Source: Eutreptiella sp. 'Long Island Sound 2002' (lineage: Eukaryota; Protista; Euglenida). Taken from it: 64,000 bases of DNA. Under the pieces are notes generated by a model. That model did no database searches. It worked only from the letters and a program-made list of their open reading frames with translations, and had not been told where the DNA came from. The translations under genes and the position numbers were made by a program. The stretch's first letter is position 1, and the number at the start of each line of letters is the position of its first letter. Positions 1 through 11,453 of the stretch are shown here, piece by piece. Where the stretch lies: assembly GCA_964036045.1 (NCBI GenBank), contig OZ038378.1, forward strand, positions 141,050,001 through 141,114,000, read 5' to 3'.

Positions 1-463
1 AAGACGAGACGATGGGGGCTTTCTGGGAGAGGCCCTGCTCTGCCATGGCAGTCTATCGCCAGCCCTTTCCACCAACGGCACGCTCTACGGGCCCTCATTG
101 ACCCCCCTCCCCCCCCAGTTTTCACGATACTCACAGTCATCTGAGAACAAACAGAACGCCGCCTCAGGCAGAATGCCGTCATGAACGTCTCTTCAGCCCC
201 AGCCCCTCTTTGCCACTACAACTCACAAACATGTCATGATGCATCAATGACCTCAACAACTGTGGTCAGAAAAACAAGGGTCAGGCGGGGTCCCTGTGCG
301 TCGACAACGCCGTTCCGGCGCAAGGAAAGGGGGGCGGGCACCGGCAAAAAGCTGGTCACACGCCAGCGGGGTTAAAGGGGGGCCACAGCGGCAGCGGACT
401 GTAGAGTAGACTGCAGAGTCTACTGCAGGACTGACTGACGCGCGTAGCAACCGACAAAATCGA

Positions 464-951
464 TTACTGTCGGGGCTCCAGTGCCGCCAAAGACAAGAAG
501 GCACCAACTTGGATGACCTCGCGATTCGCTGACGGTGTGGGACATGGACGAAAGCAGATATTTATTCGGGTTTTAGTTTCATTTCGGAGAACGCCTGGCG
601 GGAATGTGTGGCACAGCCAGCGCTGACCCGTGCATCCCAATCCGTACAAAATGCCAAATCTTATGTCCGAGAGAGAGTGCATTTGGTCATCGAGCATAGG
701 CCTTGGGCTTAAAGGCTGAAGTCTCTATCCCTGTGTCCCAGTGGGAGCACGTGGTACAGAGCCTTCGGCGCCGACAGAGCTCGAGGCTCCACCGCTGACC
801 GTGGTTCTATTTGCTCTATGGTTGCCCGGCCATGCTCTCTGCTTCTGGGCAACAGTGGCAGGTTAGGCTGCATGAAGTACTCCAAATTGCCAACTCTTGC
901 ATTCGCTTTTGGGACGCACTGTCTGGTCAGTAGATCGGAGAATTTTGTCAT
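464..951 (-). pseudogene. Degenerate AlkB-like 2OG-Fe(II) dioxygenase fragment (frameshifted/stopped)
   Basis: Minus ORF 464..697 contains LYGLGCTGQRWLCHTFP...RINICFR (RINICFR at 548-568), resembling the AlkB C-terminal G..Q..W.H.(V/I)P...RINxTFR motif. Adjacent frame 709..951 has PNL.LL.R...LPLGHRDRDFSL, resembling the AlkB PN..L.N.Y and SLG..R.F.L strands. The iron-binding HxD cannot be placed in one frame. Confidence 0.4.
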
Positions 952-2274
952 AAACGCCGAGTCAGTGTGCCGGTGGAGTATTGAGGGGTGAGACCGAAGA
1001 AAGGTGAGCTAAGCGAACGTGTGGGTGGGAGCTTCGGTAGACTTAGACTTGTGTAACAACACCCCCCTCCAAAAGCGACTGGAGTGCATCCACTCAGAGG
1101 CACATAACCTCAAAAACAAGCGGGAATGACGATGCAAGTTGTGTGAGCAACGGGACGCACCGTCAGAGCGACAGCCCGCGGCATGTACACTTTGCGGAGC
1201 ATATCTCTCGGGGACATTCATAACCTGCCAACACGGAGCAAATTCGAGCTTTTTCAGGGTTTTCTCAATTTTTTGTCCAATGCACGAAAATGTTGTTCCC
1301 TGGGGGGGGGGGGGGGGTATGTGTATGCTTTCTGAAATCTGTGAGAAAAGGGCTTGACAATGAGCCTGGGGTCAGGGTCTATCTCACCAATATGTGAAAA
1401 TGCTGGTCCCCGCACGAAACCTATTTGGGCTAAAATGGCCCCGTTTTCAGACGCGAAACAGGGGCATGTTTGACCAAATGCCGGACGAAAATCTCAAACA
1501 TACCGTCAGTACAGCGGGCAGACCCGGGTGTTCCAAATAGCCCTCTTCAAGGGCTTTCTGAATCTACCCCACATACGCCCCACCACGGGACACAGAGTGG
1601 CCACAAACGAGGCAACGCCGGCACCGTCCCTCGAAAAGGCTCCGTGTTGGCCCGACGTCCCCGAGAGATATTGCAATACCTCTTTCGGGGGGCGGCTGGG
1701 GAATTCACAGGGCCCGTGAAGAAACCGCAAACTCGGCGGAAGGGGCTGTTTCACAACACTTGAGACCTGGTCCTGCCAAAAGAAGCGCTCGACAACCCGC
1801 GGCACAACACATCAGTCTCAGACGCCACCGTGGCCGGACCGGGAGGTGCGCGTCCTCCCGGCCGAGGCCGGGGCACACGCACCCCCCGACCCCCGACACT
1901 CCCGGTGCTCAATGGACGTCGACGCGGCCTTCACAAAAGCGCTGGGGATGTGGGTCGCATTGGGGGGACCAGGGGTGGCAACGCGGTGGCATGCCATTCC
2001 CCAGCACTAAACAGGGGGCGCTGAGGCGGGGGCCGGGATGCACATCTGCCTCCAGAACCCCCCCCTTGAGCTCATGGGGACGGGGGGAAGGGGCTTTGGG
2101 CTTTGGGCTTACCTTCCCGAATCCGAAGAGGGCCTTAGGGGCCCACGGAGTGCCGCATTGGGGAAGCTCGGCTCCGGCGCACCACACTCACCCTTTGGCC
2201 ATGCAGCCAGCGGGCGGGGCACACGCCTCCTCCTCTAGTATTGTCGCACGTGCATTGAGTGCGGCCGTATCCCT

Positions 2275-3903
2275 GGCGTGTTCGCGTTGTGCTTTGTACT
2301 GGGGCAGGGGTAGGGGGGAGGGAGGTCCACCTGTGCGGGGCACCGTCGGGGCTCCCGCTCCCCTGGTTCTGTGAGTTGAAGCACCTGCAGATGTGCTGCG
2401 GGGGGCAGGAGGGGAGGGGTCACGAAGATACAGTACTGGCCATACAGTATACATTATTGCACTGGTAGGTAGGTAGGTAGGTAATACTAGCAGGCAAATA
2501 CAGTTACGTGTAGTACGGCCACCTATACTGTATTTCCTGTGTGTGGCTGTGCCTGGGGGTAGGGGCAGGGGTAAAGGTAAAGGTAAGTTGCTCGGGCGAT
2601 CTCCGAACTCCAGCGTATCAGTGATCCCTACCTGTCCCTCGCAGCATCCCTTCCGGCTCGCGGGGTCACCGACACCCTAGCGCCTAGGACACTGCGTTCC
2701 TCCCCCACCGGGGTTCGAACCGACGCTGCATCCCTTCCGGCTCGCGGGGTCACCGACACCCTAGCGCCTAGGACAGTGCGTTTGGCCTCCACCGGGATTC
2801 GAACCGAGCACCTTTAGTTCAGGCGTCACGTGCATGACCGCTGAACTACGAGTACTACTGTATTTCCTGTGTGTGGCTGTGCCTGGGGGTAGGGGCAGGG
2901 GCAGGGGCAGGGGGGAGGGAGGTCCACCTGTGCGGGGCACCGTCGGGGCTCCCGCTCCCCTGGTTCTGTGAGTGGAAGTACCTGCAGATGTGCAGCGGGG
3001 GTAGGAGGGGAGGGGTCACGGAGATACAGTACTGGCAATACAATATACACTTTTGCACTGGTTGGTAGGTAGGTAATACTAGCAGGCAAATACAGTTACG
3101 TGTAGTACGGCCAACTATACTGTATTTCCTGTGTGTGGCTGTGCCTGGGGGTAGGGGCAGGGGCAGGGGCAGGGGGGAGGGAGGTCCACCTGTGCGGGGC
3201 ACCGTCGGGGCTCCCGCTCCCCTGGTTCTGTGAGTGGAAGTACCTGCAGATGTGCAGCGGGGGTAGGAGGGGAGGGGTCACAGAGATACAGTACTGGCAA
3301 TACAATATACACTTTTGCACTGGTTGGTAGGTAGGTAATACTAGCAGGCAAATACAGTTACGTGTAGTACGGCCAACTATACTGTATTTCCTGTGTGTGG
3401 CTGTGCCTGGGGGTAGGGGCAGGGGCAGGGGCAGGGGGGAGGGAGGTCCACCTGTGCGGGGCACCGTCGGGGCTCCCGCTCCCCTGGTTCTGTGAGTGGA
3501 AGTACCTGCAGATGTGCAGCGGGGGTAGGAGGGGAGGGGTCACAGAGATACAGTACTGGCAATACAATATACACTTTTGCACTGGTTGGTAGGTAGGTAA
3601 TACTAGCAGGCAAATACAGTTACGTGTAGTACGGCCAACTATACTGTATTTCCTGTGTGTGGCTGTGCCTGGGGGTAGGGGCAGGGGCAGGGGCAGGGGG
3701 GAGGGAGGTCCACCTGTGCGGGGCACCGTCGGGGCTCCCGCTCCCCTGGTTCTGTGAGTGGAAGTACCTGCAGATGTGCAGCGGGGGTAGGAGGGGAGGG
3801 GTCGCGGAGATACAGTACTGGCAATACAATATACACTTTTGCACTGGTTGGTAGGTAGGTAATACTAGCAGGCAAATACAATTACGTGTAGTACAGCTAC
3901 CTA
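2275..3903. repeat. 262-bp tandem satellite (one slightly diverged unit, a SINE-interrupted start, then 4 near-identical units)
   Basis: Unit start tactgtatttcctgtgtgtggc recurs at 2526, 2856, 3118, 3380 and 3642 (period 262 from 2856). The unit contains GGGGGTAGGGGCAGGGGCAGGGGCAGGGGGG. A further unit lies at ~4563-4808. Confidence 0.95.
2572..2855 (-). mobile_element. tRNA-derived SINE (284 bp) with (CTTTAC)n 3' tail, internal 84-bp duplication and 46-bp TSD
   Basis: Minus strand begins GTACTCGTAGTTCAGCGGTC (A-box-like)...GGTTCGAATCCCGGTGGAGGCCA (B box/T arm) and ends CTTACCTTTACCTTTAC. Flanked by identical 46-bp direct repeats at 2526-2571 and 2856-2901. gcatcccttccggctcgcggggtcaccgacaccctagcgcctaggaca occurs at 2644 and 2728. 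Confidence 0.85.
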
Positions 3904-3930
3904 TGCTGTATTACCTAAGGTGGGACACGA

Positions 3931-4010
3931 GGGGAAGGAAGGGATTCGAACCCGCGACTGCCACTCAGCAGCTCACGGGGTTGACCGCTCGACCACTCGG
4001 CCGGCGGTGT
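3931..4010 (-). ncRNA. tRNA-like Pol III promoter module (A box + B box), not a full tRNA; copy 1
   Basis: Minus strand reads GGCCGAGTGGTCGAGCGG...GCGGGTTCGAATCCC. The A box resembles type-II (Ser/Leu) tRNAs and the B box is exact, but acceptor and anticodon stems do not pair. Confidence 0.6.
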
Positions 4011-4042
4011 AATGGGGCGGGTTGGGGGGGGGAGGGGGGGAG

Positions 4043-4228
4043 TGCAGCCGTGGGATCGCCCACCGGCGCTGCAGGGGAAGAGAGGGGGAAGGAGTGCAGC
4101 CGTGGGATTGCCCACAGGCGCCGCAGGAGAGGGGGGAAGGTGGAGCGCAGCCGTGGGATCGCCCACTGGCGCTCCCGGGGGAGGGTGGAGGGTAGGAGGG
4201 CAGCCGTGGGACGGCCCACTGGCGCTGC
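4043..4228. repeat. Array of 4 palindromic hairpin repeats (~29 bp) with purine-rich spacers
   Basis: GCAGCCGTGGGA(TC/TT/CG)GCCCACnGGCGC(T/C)GC at ~4044, 4096, 4147 and 4200. GCAGC pairs with GCTGC and CCGTGGG with CCCACnGG. Confidence 0.9.
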
Positions 4229-4829
4229 CAAGGAAGGGAGGTGTGTGAGGGGCAGGGGCAGGGGGGCAGGGGGCAGGGGGGAGGACAACCTGTGCGGGTC
4301 ACCTTTAGGGTTCCCGCTCCTCTTGTCACGTGAGGTGACGCACCTGCAGACGTGCAGCAGACGGTGGGAGGGGAGGGGACACGGGGATACAGTACTGGCT
4401 ATGCAATACACACCATTGTGCAGGTAGACAGGTAGGTAATACTAGCAGGCAAATAATAAAAAGTCAGTAGTCCCTTGGTTCAGGGGGGTGAGTGAGGGCC
4501 CCGCCAGATCGCTGGCTGCCTAGCCCGGGGTGAGTGAGGGCTCCGCCAGACTGCTAGCTGTCGAGCCTGGGGTAGGGGCAGGGGCAGGGGCAGGGGGGAG
4601 GGAGGTCCACCTGTGCGGGGCACCGTCGGGGCTCCCGCTCCCCTGGTTCTGTGAGTGGAAGTACCTGCAGATGTGCAGCGGGGGTAGGAGGGGAGGGGTC
4701 ACGGAGATACAGTACTGGCAATACTATATACACTATTGCACTGGTAGGCAGGTAGGTAATACTAGCAGGCAAAATACAGTTACGTGTAGCACAGCTACCT
4801 ATACTGTATCACCTAAGGTGGGGGCACGA

Positions 4830-4910
4830 GGGGAGGGAAGGGATTCGAACCCGCGACCGCCACTCAGCAGCTCACGGGGTTGACCGCTCGACCACTCGGC
4901 CGGCGGTGTA
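4830..4910 (-). ncRNA. tRNA-like Pol III promoter module; copy 2
   Basis: Near-identical to 3931-4010, offset ~900 bp (ggattcgaacccgcgac at 3942 and 4841). Confidence 0.6.
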
Positions 4911-4934
4911 ATGGGGCGGGTTGTGGGGGGGAGC

Positions 4935-5172
4935 GCAGCCGTGGGATCGCCCACCGGCGCTGCAGGGGAAGAGAGGGGGAAGGAGTGCAGCCGTGGGATC
5001 GCCCACAGGCGCTGCTTGGGAAGGGGGGGGGGGGTGGATTGCAGCCGTGGGATCGCCCACAGGCGCCGCAGGAGAGGGGGGAAGGTGGAGCGCAGCCGTG
5101 GGATCGCCCACTGGCGCTCCCGGGGGAGGGTGGAGGGTAGGAGGGCAGCTGTGGGACGGCCCACTGGCGCTG
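4935..5172. repeat. Array of 5 palindromic hairpin repeats
   Basis: Same motif at 4935, 4987, 5041, 5092 and 5145; one more unit than in copy 1. Confidence 0.9.
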
Positions 5173-7266
5173 CCAAGGAAGGGAGGTGTGTGAGGGGCAG
5201 GGGCAGGGGGCAGGGGGCAGAGGGGAGGACCACCTGTGCGGGGCACCTTTAGGGTTCCCGCTCCCTTTGACACATGAAGTGACGCACCTGCAGACGTGCA
5301 GCAGACGGTGGGAGGGGAGGGGACACGGGGATACAGTACTGGCTATGCAATACACACCATTGTGCAGGTAGACAGGTAGGTAATAGACGGGGGGAAGGGG
5401 GGGGAGGGGGGGTGCCGGGTAACTCAATGCTGCGCCGTGTAACGGAGCGGCAGAAGCCCCGGCACCCAATCCGCATGAACTTCTCCGCATCCTTCGCGGG
5501 CGGAGAACGGCATCAGGGGACTGCAACACCTGCGGTAAGTCACATCCGGGGCAATGCCCCACGTCCGTGTGACGGGCGCCAGCGCGCCGGTGGGCGGGGG
5601 GGGGGGGCTGGGATGAGCGCTGGGCATGCGCTCCGGGCAACGGAGGCTGAAACCCAATCGCACGGCGTGCCACTGGGTTGGGCGTGGGCCCCTGGGATAC
5701 ACCAGCGCCGCCAGCAGCCCCCCGCCCCCCGAGACAAGTCCCCGCCCCCCCTCCCCCCCTCCATCCGCGGCCCCGCGAGCCCATTCAGTCGTGGCCCCTG
5801 CGCCCGCGGAACCCAACGAACAGTGGTCTGGCACCGGGGCTCCGGCGGTGCCGGTGACACGGAGGCCGGTCCAAGCACGGCAAAGGGCAGTCGCACTGGC
5901 ACCGCACGGCCCGGCCAATGCCCGTGTCCACCGCAGATCCCCTTCGAACTTCGGACGTCGGGGGCCTACGGCAACGCGGGCCTTGGGGGGCGGGGGCGGG
6001 CGGGGGCGGGTCGCCGGACTCGCCAAAACGCCACCCAAAGTCAGTGCGGCTAAACTGAGAAGGGGACGCTGGGGTCAGCACGACGAGGGGCTCCGGGCGG
6101 TGATGCCCACCCCCCTGCCCCCTCAGCGAGGGGGTGGGGGGTGGGGGGCGGGGGCGGCCGGGACCGCAGGAGGACTGCAGTCGGGGCCCTGGGCTGGGCC
6201 TTTGGGCCCGCGGTGCTCAAAGGGCGGGAAGACGGCAACGCGTCGAACACGCGCGGCGCGGGGGAGGGGCCACACCGACGTGCCCCACCCCGACCCACTC
6301 GGCACATGCATTTGCCAATAATGTCTGAGGACAGGCCATGCACCTCACCTTTTTGGGGCCACACATTGTGCCCCTGTGCCCTCCCCTCAACACCGCCGGC
6401 CAACACAAACCGGGAAACCCGGAGGAATGCTCAGTACACAACGGAGGGGGCGGGGGGCGCTGAGTGTGCGCCCCCCCCCCCCCCCCGATCAGGGCCCCGC
6501 GCCGGACCGGGACACACGACACGCAGTCGCCTGCGCATACCATTCCGGGGGGGGGGGGGCGATGCGGCGGCGGACATGGCGGAACACACAGTGCGGGAGG
6601 GGGCGGCGGAACGGCGGTGAGACGGGCAGCGAAGAGGTCTGGGAATCGAAGGACCGGGCCCCGGCCGGCGATGTGATGGCGTGTGAAGAAGAGGGGCAGG
6701 GGAGGGGGGGTGGGAGTGGACTGGCACATCGTGAACCGCTCAAGTGTCCGCATGGCAACAGAGCCCCAAGTGTAGCGGTGGCTTGACTTGGGAGATGGGC
6801 TGATCAGGGGCACAGAGGAGTCAATATGGGCTCACTTCGCGTATTTGGGTACCCCCAAGTGGTGCAGGCTCGGGTTTGGAATGCCCCAATTTTAGACCCA
6901 TTGTTGGCCCCCAAACAGCCCATTGGCCAGGGGGGCCCCACATGGGCATCACGGGGGGGTCAAGCTGGGCTCATCTCACGTGTGCATTGCGGATGGTTCA
7001 GGATCAATTGTGCCCAAACCTTGAGCTCACCCTCCTCCCCCTGCCATGCCTCTGTCTGGGCCCGCAGGTCTCACTGCCATGTGGCCGGTATGGGCAATCG
7101 GCAAAGCTCGATGACGTGGATTATGTACAAACCGCGAGGGGCAGGCACGGGACTAGCCCCGTGGCATTCGCGTTGGCGCGCAGGGGGCGCTTCAGGGTCA
7201 AGGGGTGTTGAGGGGGGTCCTGACCTGCGGGCGGTGCAGTCGGGGCTGAGACTGGCACACCCCAAC

Positions 7267-7459
7267 TCATTCAATATCCACCTCCAGCCGCGCGAAAGTG
7301 GCGAACGCCGCTGTCTTCGCCAACTCCTCAACCTTCATCAGTGGCAGTAGACTGTTCACTCGGTGAACCCAGTCTCGGTTGTTCTGTCGCACGCGCTTCA
7401 GCTGCGCCGCGAACCTGTGGTGCTCCAAGACACTGTCCGGCGTCTTGTCTTCATCCGTG
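7267..7459 (-). CDS. Probable terminal exon of an uncharacterised host protein
   Basis: Polypyrimidine tract + TAG acceptor (ctctcccctcccccccgtag|c acg gat gaa). Encodes (S)TDEDKTPDSVLEHHRFAAQLKRVRQNNRDWVHRVNSLLPLMKVEELAKTAAFATFARLEVDIE* with GC3-rich codons. Phase 2 matches the upstream exon. Confidence 0.6.
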
Positions 7460-7527
7460 CTACGGGGGGGAGGGGGAGAGACGTGAAGAAGAGGACACAG
7501 GGGCGGAGGGAGGCCAGCAGGTGGGGT

Positions 7528-7788
7528 GCACCACACTACACCACAGCACACCACACCACAGCACACCACACCACAGAACACCACACCATACCACACCACA
7601 GAACACCATACCACACCACACCACAGAACACCACACCACACCACACCACAGAACACCACACCACACCACACCACAGAACACCACACCACACCACACCACA
7701 CCACACCACACCACACCACACCACACCACACCACACCACACCACACCACACCACACCACAGAACACCACACCACACCACACCACACCA
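7528..7788. repeat. (CACCA)n pentanucleotide microsatellite with CAGCA/CAGAA variants, intronic
   Basis: Direct reading: ccacaccaca repeats interspersed with ccacagaaca. Confidence 0.97.
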
Positions 7789-9609
7789 TGCCACCCCAGC
7801 ACCGGCCCGGAGCGCAGCGCAGTGGGCAGCGCAGCCCGTCCGGCCCAAAGTGTGACGGCACGGAGGCCGAAGGGGGGGGCACGGAGCGAAGGCAGCGCGA
7901 CGAAGGGCCCCAGCCAGGGCAGGCGCACGAGCCCCACCAGCCGCACAGGACCCGCAGCCACCACACAATGACAGAGCAGCGAGGACCAGCAGACACACAC
8001 AACACACAGCGCGCGCGCAACACACACAGCGCTCCCGTTTACCTGTACCCATGGGTAGACATTCCGGCCTTTGCCCTTTGGTAACAGCGCCTTCGGCACA
8101 TCACACCACACCCAGGCCTACACCAATGCCACCCCACGCCACGCCACGCCACACCAATGCCACCCCACGGCACACCAATGCCGCGCCACCCCACGCTCCG
8201 CCGTCACTACTCCTTCCGGACAAGTACCATGACCACTACCAGCTGGCCCCATCGGACCTGCGGGGGATGTCAGCCCCCAATGGCGGGGGCCCACGGGCTG
8301 GGGGGACGGGGCGTCCTGCCCAGCCGGTGGTCGCAGCTCAGGGACTGTGTTTACCCCTTCAGAGTCAATGCCTCACCAATCAACACTCAGCAACACAAGC
8401 TGGGGAGGAGGGACACAGAGGAAGCAGAGGAAAGGGGGGCTGCACCAAGGGGGCAAGGTGTCAGGCATGCTACACAAATGGGAACGGGGGGGGGGGGGGC
8501 AAGAAACACGATATTCCACAGTGAATCAGACCATTCCATATGCACAACCTCGAGCCTCAAAAGACAAGAGGATGTGATCTCCAATGTGCTACTCCAAATG
8601 AGCTCTGCGTCACCATGTACAGCATCAAATTGCACCTTGGAGGTGTAAGGAGGGGGGGGGGCGGGTATGAGGGGGGCGGACCGGACACCCAATAAACGTA
8701 ACTTGTTTCGGGTTGCAGTGCACCTGGCAGCAGTTGAGTGACGTTCACCATCGCTGATTACCCGCCGAATTGCATGGCACATGGCACTATTTGCGGGATC
8801 TCTGCATTCACACGTAACCCTATGTGGAGGTCCCAGAAATAGTGCCATGCAGGTTAGAGGCTATTGCACCATGGGAGGTACGTATGGAGTGCAGGGGGTG
8901 AATGGGGGGGGCTGCAGGGGGGGGGGGGGGGCGGGGGGGGGGGGCTTTCTGCCGACTGTCGTGTCGCAGAGCAACAGCTCCCCCCACCCCAACACACGGC
9001 CTTCAAATGGGGATCCCTTGCACTGCATGCCCACTGCACACAACTTTGGAACCTACCTGGCTCCTGGCGTGCCTCCAATCCAACCCCCTGGGGTCGTGTT
9101 ACACATCTAGACAAGACCTGAAAGCCAAAGTCTCCCCTCTTGCATCATCATCTAGAGGGCAGGACCATGCACCACCCCATTTGCCACCATCGTTGAGCGG
9201 AAATGGGGCTAACATGAATAGGTTGCCCCACTGGGGACACAATCTACCGGTGCCTAGGCTGCCTGCCGCAATAGCCAAATAGGTGAACTGCGTGCACAAC
9301 ACACTGAAGTTGTGAGGGCCTGGTGTATCACTTGGGGGTTTGTAGCTTTAACAAGCCCGCATACGCATACACATGCACGGCAAGAAGAGAGGAGAAACTA
9401 TTGTCAACAGTCATTACCGGCCGTAGGCGCCTTTCGGCAACAAATCTGCAGTGAAAAGGGAATGTATGAGCAACCTGGTGGCGTGCTGGGAGGCAGCAAC
9501 ACGTCTGAACTGCAAGACACCAACATCAGTACAGAACCCCCTTCCCTCTCAACCCCCCCTGCCCCAAATTCAGATGCTTCCAGGTGCCGTCGTAATCGCC
9601 TGCACACAC

Positions 9610-9875
9610 CTGCGAAGGAGAAGCTTTGACTTTGGGCCCTCAGTCGTGGGTCCACAGGCTTGGGTCTCTGTGTAGACATGACAGCGGCTGGACCCCGTGC
9701 TCTTTTGCCTCATCGTGGACGCGACGGAGCTGAGACGGGAGACGGTCCGGGGGGACAGGGAGGCCATGGACGCTTTGGTGGACAGGCGGCTGGATGAGGG
9801 TGGGCTTGAGCACGGGGACCTGGGCCCACTTCGGGCACTGGGGCCCGGGCTCTGGAGGTACTGCGTCTGGGGGTC
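9610..9875 (-). CDS. Probable internal exon (Ser/Pro/Arg-rich) of the same host gene
   Basis: Acceptor cacag|GAC CCC CAG and donor CGC AG|gtgtgt. 266 nt, phase 0 in and phase 2 out, open throughout: DPQTQYLQSPGPSARSGPRSPCSSPPSSSRLSTKASMASLSPRTVSRLSS...KLLLR. Confidence 0.6.
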
Positions 9876-11453
9876 CTGTGGTGCGTGTAGTGGGCAATCC
9901 GGGCATCCGTCTCGTCACAGAGACCAGTGATTCCTGGCAGGATGCTTTCTGCTGTGCGGGGCGGTGTTCTCTATGGTCCATGGGCTGTGCTTCACCTGCT
10001 GCACAGACGGCATTCGCAGGAAGCAAAGTGCCGTGACCCTCAGCCCCAATCTGCTGCGTTGCCCAGTTTGAGACGACACTCTCCCTGGCGGTAGAAATGG
10101 GGGAAGCCACTGATTCAACTTGAGGGTTATGTGCTGCTGTGCTGGCGAAGGGGCGGGGGGGGGGGGGGGATCAAGAACCCTTGCCTCGCGGGGGGGCACA
10201 TAGGCCCTTGGATACTGTGTGACATGCAACGGGGACACATGCACGCCTCATGGACATGGTAATGGGAGGCCACCATTGTCCTTCCGGCCCCTTCAAGGCG
10301 ACGGTGATGCCAGGCCCATGCCCCGGCTACGTGGCGCCACTCAGGGGGGGGGGGGGTCTCGAACGGGAACTGAGCCCCCCCCACCCCCCTGCGTGCCCGC
10401 CCGACGACTGTCCCGGTGTCACCAAGTAAAAGTAAGTTTCCCCGATTGTTAGGGGTAATCGAGCGGGCTCACCTCCTCTGGCAAGATTCTGAACCCACCC
10501 CCTCCACCCCCAACCCAAGGCTGGACAACCCCCCCCTCCCCCCATCCGGGGGTGGTGGTCTCCCTCCTCAAAAGGGCGAGCAAGTTGGTACACACGGAGG
10601 TACCAACTCGAGCAGTCTTTGTGGCACACGTCCGCCCTGTCCTCGGTCGCAGAACCCAACAACCACAAAAGAAAAAATAGGGCAGGGGGTGGGGGTTGTT
10701 AGGTTACCGATCCCCAGGCAAATGCCACCTGCGACCCGGGATCAATGATACTCGTCCGGTATTGATCAGGTCAACATGATGTAAACCACGCCCCCAAAAT
10801 ATATACCCTGGGGATATATATCAGCAACACGTTCAGTGAAGCTAGGGGGGTATAAATTGGGGGGGGGATGAATTTTGGGCTGGGAGGTGCTGCATATTCT
10901 TTTTCGTTTGTAATTCGGTTTTTATCTGCATTGGTTGCATGGAGCATTCAGATTCTGACCCATGCTCTACTCGTGTTTCCAATGTCAAGAAGCAAAGCAC
11001 AATCACTTCGTTCTTCAACTGAACGACCTTGACAGTGGTTTTGAAACTGTACGGTGTACCCTGGATTTGTTCGTGTTCCATTTGCTTGTGCATAGCTGGG
11101 AGGGGTGCGGATTTTGGCAAAACGCCCGTCAACCCGGGGGGGGGGATAAATTTGCGGGGGAGTAAATTCGGGGGTATACAAATCCGGGGGGGGGGGAGGT
11201 TAACCTCACTTCTTCGCAGTCAAAAAGCTTGGAAATTCATCACGAATTCGTCCATGCCAAACACATAACCGAAACAACCGCTTCACCGGCACCCCCCGAG
11301 CTACGCCGCGGGTGTTGCGGTCCAGAACCACACTGCAAGGCCCCCCAGAGCCCCGGGTCTTCGGCAGTAGAAAGCAGCGACTGCTTCACTGAGACGGGCA
11401 GACCCAAACCTCCCCCTCCCCCATCGTCCAAACGAGGCTCTTCGGCGCCACAC

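Larger units (their letters stand above)
3642..5385. repeat. ~900-bp higher-order duplication (262-bp unit + tRNA-like module + hairpins + diverged satellite variant)
   Basis: 3642-4455 and ~4563-5385 are collinear. Each ends in a diverged variant of the 262-bp body (ggacaacctgtgcgggtcacc...gatacagtactggctatgcaatac). Confidence 0.85.

Noticed and set aside
2780-4910. Functional tRNA genes at 2783-2855, 3931-4010 and 4830-4910
   Set aside because: A and B boxes are present, but acceptor, D and anticodon stems do not pair, so no anticodon can be assigned.
4043-5172. CRISPR array call for the palindromic repeat-spacer clusters
   Set aside because: Eukaryotic context, no cas genes, and spacers are low-complexity G/A runs that are duplicated between the two clusters.
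5400-6800. Overlapping 100-300 aa ORFs on both strands
   Set aside because: Very high GC with poly-G/C runs suppresses stops, and no recognisable motifs or splice-consistent exons were seen.
7267-8111. Long ORFs rich in HHTTP or CGVVW
   Set aside because: These are translations of the (CACCA)n microsatellite. Only the 7459-7267 part has a splice signal and coding character.
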